Shown: in pieces, positions 57,068-64,000 of the stretch | How the letters are laid out: each line of letters begins with the position of its first letter | How positions within the stretch are numbered: the first letter of the stretch is position 1 | Assembly (NCBI GenBank): GCA_045560235.1 | Contig: JBJKZP010000002.1 | Coordinates: forward strand, 18,332-82,331 | Length of the DNA: 64,000 nucleotides | Direction: 5' to 3' | From: Fidelibacterota bacterium | GTDB lineage: Bacteria > Fidelibacterota > Marinisomatia > Marinisomatales > Marinisomataceae | Made by a program: the position numbers and the translations under genes | Notes under the pieces: model-generated | The model's input: the letters and a program-made list of their open reading frames with translations, nothing else | The model's database searches: none | What the model was told of the DNA's origin: nothing

Positions 57068-57495
57068 TGCAGTTTCAAAAAGTAAAAAATTCATATATAG
57101 TTCATGTTGAAAAGGGTGAAAAAGTCATAGAATCATTAACACTCTTTTGTAAGCAAAATAATATATATTCAGCCCAGCTTGCAGGTATAGGCGCAGTTAA
57201 GAATATTGATATTGGAGCATATGATATTGATACAAAAGATTATGTCCATAGATATTTTGATGAAATACTCGAATTATTATCTTTTCAAGGCAACGTTGCT
57301 TTAAAAGACGGAGAGCCTTTTTTGCATGCGCATATTACTTTAGGTAATCATGATATGAAGGTATTTGGAGGACACTTATTTGAAATGGAAGTAGCTGCTG
57401 TTGGAGAATTTATCATTCACGACTTTGAAGATAAAACTTTTAGAAAATTAAATGAAGATATTGGACTTGCAACCCTAAGTCTATGCAAATTATAA
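57067..57495 (+). CDS. PPC-domain (DUF296) protein
   Basis: 142 aa. GAYDIDTKDYVHRYFDEILELLSFQGNVALKDGEPFLHAHITLG pattern is typical of DUF296. Confidence 0.7.
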   Translation: MQFQKVKNSYIVHVEKGEKVIESLTLFCKQNNIYSAQLAGIGAVKNIDIGAYDIDTKDYVHRYFDEILELLSFQGNVALKDGEPFLHAHITLGNHDMKVFGGHLFEMEVAAVGEFIIHDFEDKTFRKLNEDIGLATLSLCKL

Positions 57496-57504
57496 GGAGA
57501 AAAT

Positions 57505-57867
57505 ATGTCAGAATTCAAATCACCTAACCCAGTTGGACCATACTCAATGTTTAGAGAACTTTCATCTGGGGGATGGATAAGTTCAGGTCAAATACCAATT
57601 AATCCTCAAACAGGAAAGCTTAACAATGATTCGATTGAAGAGGAGGTCGTACAGGTTTTTAATAACTTAGAAGCTGTATTATCTGATAATGGAAAATCAT
57701 TAAATGATGTTAAAAAGTTTTTAGTTTTTTTAACTGATTTATCAATTACTCCTTTAGTTAACGCTGAAATAGAAAAAAGATTAATTGAACCGTTTCCTGC
57801 AAGGTCAACAATACAAGTCGTAGGACTGCCAATGGGAGCAAATGTAGAAGTAGAATGTTTAGGGTAA
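57505..57867 (+). CDS. RidA/YjgF-family reactive-intermediate deaminase
   Basis: PVGPYS near the N-terminus and C-terminal ARSTIQVVGLPMGANVEVEC. Confidence 0.8.
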   Translation: MSEFKSPNPVGPYSMFRELSSGGWISSGQIPINPQTGKLNNDSIEEEVVQVFNNLEAVLSDNGKSLNDVKKFLVFLTDLSITPLVNAEIEKRLIEPFPARSTIQVVGLPMGANVEVECLG

Positions 57868-58295
57868 TAATTTTTAACTTTATTTTTATTGTTTTTTTCA
57901 CATCTATATCGCTATCTCAACAAAAAGTAGATTTTAGAACTCCTGAAGAGCAGGCAAAAGATCCAAAAATTGCTCTTAAAAAGTCTTTAATTTTTCCTGG
58001 AATGGGTCAAATATATAATGATCAAAAAATAAAAGGATATTCATTGATTGCTGCAGAAATATTTTCTTTATGGAGCTTCAATGAAAACAGAAAAAAACAT
58101 AAAAATTATTCTGAAAGTGATGCAAAGTCTCAGGATTATTATTTGACAGAGAGAAATCGTTTTGCTTGGATGGCAATTGGGTTGTACTTTTATGGAATTC
58201 TAGATTCTGTTGTTGAGGCACATCTAGATAATTTTGATGAAATAGTTAAACAAAACAATCCTGTAGAGAAAGAAGGGAATATTTATGGAGAATAA
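57855..58295 (+). CDS. Hypothetical membrane protein, DUF5683-like
   Basis: Signal/TM N-terminus and an SLIFPGMGQIYNDQKIKGY motif resembling the Bacteroidetes DUF5683 family. Confidence 0.45.
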   Translation: MFRVIIFNFIFIVFFTSISLSQQKVDFRTPEEQAKDPKIALKKSLIFPGMGQIYNDQKIKGYSLIAAEIFSLWSFNENRKKHKNYSESDAKSQDYYLTERNRFAWMAIGLYFYGILDSVVEAHLDNFDEIVKQNNPVEKEGNIYGE

Positions 58296-59682
58296 TAGAG
58301 AGCAATGGAGTTCTAAAGCAAGTTTTATTTTAGCTGCTGCTGGTTCAGCAGTTGGGCTTGGCAATATCTGGAAATTCCCTTATATAGCTGGCGAAAATGG
58401 CGGAGCAGCTTTTCTATTTATCTATTTGATTTGTATTTTATTAATAGGGTTACCAATTTTAAATATTGAGATTCTTCTTGGAAGAGAGACTAAAAAAAAT
58501 CCAGTTGGAGCATTTAAAACTTTAACGAAGAATCCATTTTGGCAATATGTTGGAGCACTAGGAGTTTTTGCCAGTTTTACCATTCTTTCCTTTTACAGTG
58601 TAGTTGGAGGATGGTCTTTAGCTTACACTTACGAAGCATTAATAGGAACGTTTAATACAGCTGCTTTTGACAACCCTTCTTCTGCAGGCAATTTCTTTAG
58701 CTTAAAAAATAATAGCCCTTTATGGGTTCTAGGCTACCATACTTTATTTTTAGCTATTGTTGTTATGATTTTGCTATCAGGTGTTAGAGCAGGACTTGAA
58801 AAGGCTAGTAGATTTCTGATGCCTATTTTATTAATTATTCTTCTAATTTTGGTTGTTCAAGGACTTGTTTTACCTAATGCAAATGAAGGAGTATCTTTTC
58901 TTTTCCAGCCAGATTGGACTAAAATTAATGGTCAAACAATTTTATTAGCACTAGGTCATGCATTCTTTACTTTAAGTTTAGGAATGGGAGCAATGATGAC
59001 ATATGGTAGCTACTTATCAGATAAAGACGATATCGTGAATGCATCTTATTTGGTGGCATTCCTTGATACTATTATTGCTATTCTTGCTGGTGTTGCCATT
59101 TTTACTGTGGTATTTTCATCAGGTTACGATCCAACAGCTGGACCTGGTTTAGTTTTCCATGTTTTACCTCCTTTATTGTCTGATCTTGCGGGAGGTTATT
59201 TCTTTTCACTTCTTTTCTTTTTATTGCTATCAATAGCAGCTATTACATCAGGAATATCAATATTAGAAGTAAGTGTTGCTTATCTGGTTGATGAAAAAAA
59301 ATATCCAAGAAAAAAAGCAGTTTTAGTGATGGCATTCTTAGTATATATTGCTGCAATTCCATGCGCATTATCTTTCAATCTTTTATCTGATTTTACTTTT
59401 AGTTTTCAAGATAAAGCATTTACTTTTTTTGATATTGCAGACTATTTAGCTTCAAATTTACTTTTACCTTTAGGTGGTTTCTTTTTAGCAATTTTTGCAG
59501 GTTATGTTTGGGGGATGAGCGATGTGGTAAAAGGTCTATTGAAGGGTACATCAAATTCAAGATTTTTTAACAACAATATCTTTAAAAATAAAAATTCAAT
59601 TCCTGTTTTTGAGTTCATTGTTAAAACAATCGTTATTCCTATAGTATTTATCGTTTTGCTTAATTTGTTAGGAGTTTTCTAA
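58285..59682 (+). CDS. Sodium:neurotransmitter symporter (SNF/NSS) family transporter
   Basis: WSSKASFILAAAGSAVGLGNIWKFPYIAGENGGAAFL is the hallmark NSS TM1 region. About 12 TM helices. Confidence 0.92.
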   Translation: MENNREQWSSKASFILAAAGSAVGLGNIWKFPYIAGENGGAAFLFIYLICILLIGLPILNIEILLGRETKKNPVGAFKTLTKNPFWQYVGALGVFASFTILSFYSVVGGWSLAYTYEALIGTFNTAAFDNPSSAGNFFSLKNNSPLWVLGYHTLFLAIVVMILLSGVRAGLEKASRFLMPILLIILLILVVQGLVLPNANEGVSFLFQPDWTKINGQTILLALGHAFFTLSLGMGAMMTYGSYLSDKDDIVNASYLVAFLDTIIAILAGVAIFTVVFSSGYDPTAGPGLVFHVLPPLLSDLAGGYFFSLLFFLLLSIAAITSGISILEVSVAYLVDEKKYPRKKAVLVMAFLVYIAAIPCALSFNLLSDFTFSFQDKAFTFFDIADYLASNLLLPLGGFFLAIFAGYVWGMSDVVKGLLKGTSNSRFFNNNIFKNKNSIPVFEFIVKTIVIPIVFIVLLNLLGVF

Positions 59683-59688
59683 ACTATA

Positions 59689-60447
59689 ATGATTAAAAAA
59701 TTTTTTCCTATTAATTCAAAGCAATTTACTTTATTTGAAAAAGTTTTTAAATCTTTTGATAAACATGCAATAGATAGATTGGAGTTGTTATTTCCTATGT
59801 GGTGCATGATGGCTTTTCAACATTATCTTATCAAGTCTTTTGATATAGCAGTATTTAGAGGAATGAATATTGATATAAATAAAAGCTATGTTTTTTCATT
59901 AATTGTCGAAGATTGGATAGGTGTAGCAAGTATTATCTTTCATACATTTTTAATATTATGGCTAATGAAGAGATTTGATTCATTTGGACTATTTAGAACT
60001 GTAAAAACAGATTTTCAGAATAATTTCTTATTATTTTTATCGCTATATGCGTTAATTGATATATTAATTTTCGGCAAAATGATGATTGGATATTTTTTAA
60101 TATCAACTGTTTTATATATTATTTATAGGTCTGACAGTTTTAAAAGTAAGTTTACTAGCATGATTTTAACCGTTATTGCTTTGATTTTTTCCATAAATAT
60201 GGATGAACCTGTGCTAGCAACTTCTGCAGCAATCTATTTGCCAATTTTAGCTATTTCTATATTTATAAAAACTCAAGAAATGACTTCTTTTGTTCAAAAA
60301 TATCTGTTATTAATTTTATTTATTTTTATATCAACAAAAGAATTTTGGTTTGGATTCATAGGTCTTGCATATCTTTTATTTTTCAATATGTACTATTATT
60401 TTTCATCGAAGAGCAACTATAATTGGCTTAAGTTAGACGTATATTAA
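59689..60447 (+). CDS. Hypothetical polytopic membrane protein
   Basis: 252 aa with multiple hydrophobic helices. No family recognised. Confidence 0.5.
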   Translation: MIKKFFPINSKQFTLFEKVFKSFDKHAIDRLELLFPMWCMMAFQHYLIKSFDIAVFRGMNIDINKSYVFSLIVEDWIGVASIIFHTFLILWLMKRFDSFGLFRTVKTDFQNNFLLFLSLYALIDILIFGKMMIGYFLISTVLYIIYRSDSFKSKFTSMILTVIALIFSINMDEPVLATSAAIYLPILAISIFIKTQEMTSFVQKYLLLILFIFISTKEFWFGFIGLAYLLFFNMYYYFSSKSNYNWLKLDVY

Positions 60448-60567
60448 TAATCTGCTGGTTTTTTTTATCTTTTTTGTTAAATTGTCCAATGTTGACCTTA
60501 ATAAAAACTTTTTATTCTAAAAAGTTGGCTAAACAAACCATTCCACATTTTGCGCCCGGAGATAATT

Positions 60568-62031
60568 ATGTCAAATAATATTGAAAAAAAATTAACATTT
60601 GATGATGTTTTGTTAGTTCCAAGAAAATCATCGATCTTGCCTAAAGAAGTAGATTGTTCTACTCAATTAACTAAGAAAATTTCTTTAAATATTCCTGTAA
60701 TGAGTGCAGCGATGGATACGGTAACTGAATCTGATATGGCTATAGCTTTAGCGAGACAAGGTGGAATTGGAGTAATACATAAAAATTTAACTATTAAAGA
60801 ACAGGCATTGATGGTCGATAAAGTTAAAAGATATGAGAGTGGTATGATAAGAAATCCTATCACATTAGATGAAAATAAGACTGTAAGAGATGCGAATCAA
60901 TTGATGGAGCAATATTCTATTGGAGGTTTACCTGTATTATCAAATGATAAGTTGGTTGGTATAATAACAAAAAGAGATATTCGTTTTGAATCTAATCTTG
61001 ATACCTTAGTCAAAGATAGAATGACTTCAGAAAACTTAGTTACTGTTAATTCTGAAACTAGTAATGATGAAGCTAAAAAAATTCTTCAAAAACATCGCAT
61101 TGAACGATTATTAGTTGTTGACAAAAACAATAATCTTGCTGGATTAATTACAGTAAAAGATTTAACAAAGAAAGAAGAATTTCCTCATTCAACAAAAGAT
61201 AAAAACGGAAGATTGAGAGTAGCCGCTGCGATAAGCGTTAGAAATGATTGGAAAGAAAGAATCTCTGCTCTTGCAGATGTAAGTGTTGATGCAATTGTAG
61301 TAGATACTGCTCATGGTCATTCTCAGTTTGTATTAGATTTAGTGAAAGAAATTAAAAAAGAATTTCCAAGACTTGACTTAATTGCTGGAAATGTAGCTAC
61401 GCCTGAAGCTACTGAAGATTTAATTAAGTCCGGAGCGGATTGTGTTAAGATAGGTATTGGTGCAGGATCAAGTTGTACTACAAGAATTATTGCAGGAGTT
61501 GGTGTTCCTCAATTATCTGCAGTTATAGATTGTGCAGAAGTTGGAATAAAGTATGACACACCAATAATTGCTGATGGTGGAATCAGATATAGTGGCGATG
61601 TTGCTAAATCTCTTGCTGCTGGTGCAAATGTAGTAATGCTTGGTGGAATGCTAGCCGGGATGGATGAAAGCCCTGGAGAAACTATAGTTTATGAAGGAAG
61701 AAGATATAAGTCTTATAGAGGTATGGGTTCTTTAGCTGCTATGAAAGAAGGCGGAGGAGAAAGATATTTTCAGCAAGAAAAAGATGAATTAAAACTTGTA
61801 CCAGAAGGTATAGAAGGTATGGTACCTTTTAGAGGTCCAGTCAATAGTACCATCTTCCAACTTATTGGTGGTTTAAAATCTTCAATGGGATATTGCGGTT
61901 CTGAAAATTTAAAATCTTTTTATAAAAATAAGAAGTTTATTGAAATATCTTCAGCTGGTGTCAAGGAAAGCCATCCACATGAAGTAAGTATTATAAAAGA
62001 AGCCCCTAATTATCAAGGGCACGATAAATAG
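60568..62031 (+). CDS. guaB: Inosine-5'-monophosphate dehydrogenase
   Basis: [18 protein letters not shown] start, CBS pair, and catalytic loop [11 protein letters not shown]. The ORF-track TTG start at 60550 is an extension. Confidence 0.97.
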   Translation: MSNNIEKKLTFDDVLLVPRKSSILPKEVDCSTQLTKKISLNIPVMSAAMDTVTESDMAIALARQGGIGVIHKNLTIKEQALMVDKVKRYESGMIRNPITLDENKTVRDANQLMEQYSIGGLPVLSNDKLVGIITKRDIRFESNLDTLVKDRMTSENLVTVNSETSNDEAKKILQKHRIERLLVVDKNNNLAGLITVKDLTKKEEFPHSTKDKNGRLRVAAAISVRNDWKERISALADVSVDAIVVDTAHGHSQFVLDLVKEIKKEFPRLDLIAGNVATPEATEDLIKSGADCVKIGIGAGSSCTTRIIAGVGVPQLSAVIDCAEVGIKYDTPIIADGGIRYSGDVAKSLAAGANVVMLGGMLAGMDESPGETIVYEGRRYKSYRGMGSLAAMKEGGGERYFQQEKDELKLVPEGIEGMVPFRGPVNSTIFQLIGGLKSSMGYCGSENLKSFYKNKKFIEISSAGVKESHPHEVSIIKEAPNYQGHDK

Positions 62032-62289
62032 CTATTTACTTAAAGAATTTAAGTGATTGGTAATTTTTGATTTTTGTCTGGCTGCATTATTTTTATGTAT
62101 AATATTTTTGCTAGCCATTTTATCAATGAAAGAAACTGCATCTGCATAGTGTTCGTCTGCAGATTTTTTAGAATCAGCAGTTAATACACTCTTAATTAAT
62201 GTGCGCATTCTAGATTTATTTTGAGAGTTAATAGCTCTTTTTTTTAAATCCTGCCTGTCTCTTTTAATTTGTTGTTTATGTCTATCCAT
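62032..62289 (-). CDS. rpsT: 30S ribosomal protein S20
   Basis: MDRHKQQIKRDRQDLKKRAINSQNKSRMRT is a typical basic S20 N-terminus. The internal ATG is preferred over the upstream TTG (62304). Confidence 0.85.
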   Translation of the reverse strand: MDRHKQQIKRDRQDLKKRAINSQNKSRMRTLIKSVLTADSKKSADEHYADAVSFIDKMASKNIIHKNNAARQKSKITNHLNSLSK

Positions 62290-62381
62290 AAAATGTGGTT
62301 GCAACTTATTCTATATACGAATAGATGTCAATAATTTTCTAATTTGATTATTGTTTTAATTTTTATCGTTTAAATTATACT

Positions 62382-63323
62382 ATGTCGTCAAAAAAACTTA
62401 AAGAGATCGCAAATAAAGCAAAGAAAAATGATTTTATCTCTATTTCTGAATTAATGTCGGGGATAGAAAACAATATTTTTTCAAGAAAACAGGTCTCAGA
62501 ATATATTTTTAAAGAATCGCATGAATCCTTAAAAATTGGCATAACAGGACCTCCGGGAGCAGGAAAAAGCTCTTTAATGAACAAGCTTATTCCTTTAATT
62601 AGAAAAACAGGCTTGTCCGTTGGTGTTATTGCAATAGATCCATCAAGTCCAATTACAGGAGGGTCTTTTTTGGGAGATAGGGTAAGAATTAATAATGCAA
62701 TTAATGACAAAAATGTATTTGTTAGAAGTATGGGTTCTAGAGCAGAACTTGGAGGAGTAACCGAACTGGCAGAAGACTTTAGTGATATTTTAGCTTTTAG
62801 TGGAAAAGATATAATTTTTATTGAAACAGTCGGAGTCGGTCAATCTGAATATAGCGTGTCTGAAATAACTGATTTAACTACGTTAGTTTTTGTCCCTGAA
62901 TCAGGAGATGAAATTCAATTATTGAAAGCAGGCATCCTCGAGCTAGCTGATATCTTTGTTGTTAATAAATCAGATAGAAAAGATTCTAACTTGTTGGTTA
63001 GGTCTATAAATAATATTATTTCATCAACCAAAAAAAATATTAAAAAAATCCCAATTTTTAAAACAAGCTGCAAAACTGACGAAGGTCTAGAGATTTTTGC
63101 TAATGCAATTGTTGAATATTATAGATCTATGAAAGAAAATGAAGATATACAAAGCAGACAAGTTTTACGATATAACAGAAGAATTAAAACAATCATTGAA
63201 AAAGATATTTTAAACAATTTTTGGAATGAACATAGATTGTCTTTATTAGAAAATATTGACAAATCCTCTATTAAAGTGAAGTCTCCATACGAAATTGTTG
63301 ATGAAATAAAGGTTAAAAAATGA
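62382..63323 (+). CDS. MeaB/ArgK-like G3E-family P-loop GTPase
   Basis: GITGPPGAGKSS (G1), IETVGVGQSE (G3) and VVNKSDR (G4). 313 aa. Confidence 0.8.
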   Translation: MSSKKLKEIANKAKKNDFISISELMSGIENNIFSRKQVSEYIFKESHESLKIGITGPPGAGKSSLMNKLIPLIRKTGLSVGVIAIDPSSPITGGSFLGDRVRINNAINDKNVFVRSMGSRAELGGVTELAEDFSDILAFSGKDIIFIETVGVGQSEYSVSEITDLTTLVFVPESGDEIQLLKAGILELADIFVVNKSDRKDSNLLVRSINNIISSTKKNIKKIPIFKTSCKTDEGLEIFANAIVEYYRSMKENEDIQSRQVLRYNRRIKTIIEKDILNNFWNEHRLSLLENIDKSSIKVKSPYEIVDEIKVKK

Positions 63324-64000
63324 CTCAGCAAGATATGTCTATCGTGGATCATTTAGAAGAATTGAGATGGAGAATTCTCAAGTCATTAGGCTCTATAGTC
63401 TTAATGTCGATTTTAACTTTTAATTTTGCAAATAGCTTGGTGGATATATTGATACAGCCAGCTTTGAAGATTAATTCTGATTTAAACTTACAGGTTTTAA
63501 CAATTCAGGGAATGTTTCTCTTGAAATGGAATCTTGCTATAATAGGTGGAATAATTTTATCTATTCCTGTTGTTACTGTGCAAATATGGAAATTTTTATC
63601 ACCAGGTTTATATGATAAAGAAAAAAAAATTCTACTTCCTTTAATTTTAACTGCTTTTTCATGTTTTATTTTGGGTAGTATATTTGCATATAAAGTGATT
63701 TTGCCATTTTCTTTAGACTTTTTTGCATCAATGATAACTGCAGATATCCAGAATAATTTCTCAATTAATTATTACTTTAGCTTTGTTTTGTCTTTAATGA
63801 TTGGAGCAGGTATCATATTTGAATTGCCCGTTGCATCGTTTTTGTTCTCTTCAATTGGATTAATTGATCCAGAATTTTTAAAAACTTACAGAAGAGAAGC
63901 AATCGCAGTAACTGTTATTCTTTCAGCCATAATTACTCCTCCCGATCCTATAAGCTTGATAATAATGTCTATTCCAATGTTAATTTTATATGAAATAAGC
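63320..64000 (+). CDS. tatC: Sec-independent protein translocase TatC; 3' truncated by the window edge
   Basis: Hand-translated open frame MTQQDMSIVDHLEELRWRILKSLG...FLSPGLYDKEKK...TPPDPIS with no stop to the window end. ATGA overlap with the upstream GTPase gene. Not in the ORF track because it lacks a stop. Confidence 0.85.
   Translation, partial: MTQQDMSIVDHLEELRWRILKSLGSIVLMSILTFNFANSLVDILIQPALKINSDLNLQVLTIQGMFLLKWNLAIIGGIILSIPVVTVQIWKFLSPGLYDKEKKILLPLILTAFSCFILGSIFAYKVILPFSLDFFASMITADIQNNFSINYYFSFVLSLMIGAGIIFELPVASFLFSSIGLIDPEFLKTYRREAIAVTVILSAIITPPDPISLIIMSIPMLILYEIS

Noticed and set aside
1259-63352. About 40 short (60-135 aa) ORFs in the track lying antisense to, or out of frame within, well-supported genes. 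Examples are 1259-1474, 2000-2227, 10885-11196, 16592-16870, 18634-18915, 19287-19622, 29908-30168, 47792-48067, 56671-57078 and 62375-62710.
   Set aside because: Each is fully embedded in a longer ORF with clear family motifs. Their translations are low-complexity or mirror-codon artefacts (for example Ser/Pro/Leu-rich sequence opposite Ala/Gly/Glu-rich sequence). None has an SD or a recognisable motif.
1-64000. CRISPR arrays, tRNA or rRNA genes, IS elements, and large direct or inverted repeats.
   Set aside because: Reading through all intergenic gaps (all 279 bp or shorter) showed no spaced repeat arrays, cloverleaf-capable GC-rich segments or transposase-like ORFs. Coding density leaves no room for them. 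A tRNAscan or Infernal run would confirm this.

Overview
The window is AT-rich (about 30% G+C by eye, not computed) and very gene-dense. Most intergenic gaps are under 100 bp, and many start/stop junctions overlap (ATGA or TAATG).

It looks like a chromosomal segment of a streamlined marine bacterium. Three markers point to the FCB superphylum, possibly a Marinimicrobia/SAR406-like lineage. They are a T9SS/FlgD-Ig-type C-terminal sorting domain, a TonB-dependent receptor with an N-terminal CarboxypepD_reg domain, and a short RpoD. This taxonomic call is inference only.

Most content is core housekeeping:
- lolCDE-like genes, dnaK, a MoxR-DUF58 module, and efp
- accBC, gcvH, xerD, miaA, and pyrBC
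- rplM-rpsI-rpsB-tsf-pyrH-frr
- class II nrdJ and a fused indolepyruvate:ferredoxin oxidoreductase
- rpoD, der, pepA, pntAA/AB/B, pip, alaS, guaB, rpsT, a meaB-like gene, and tatC

Interspersed are niche genes: a green-tuned DTE proteorhodopsin, a large TonB receptor, a secreted M43-like protease, an SNF symporter, and MATE and MFS transporters.

I found no rRNA, tRNA, CRISPR array, IS/transposase or phage integrase.

Best candidates for a second look:
1. A phage-type PD-(D/E)XK nuclease plus a Siphovirus-Gp157-like gene, wedged with essentially no spare DNA between pepA and the pnt operon.
2. A four-gene MaoC / PGAM-phosphatase / ACAD / APH-kinase module resembling a split ACAD10/11 4-hydroxyacyl-CoA system. 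Its phosphatase gene can only start at ATT.
3. A nine-ORF, translationally coupled operon divergent from proteorhodopsin, including two unannotated single-TM micro-ORFs that bracket a rhodanese gene.
4. Two perfect palindromes, 22 bp upstream of dnaK and 16 bp upstream of the TonB receptor.

All family assignments come from motif recognition by eye and need HMM or structure confirmation.
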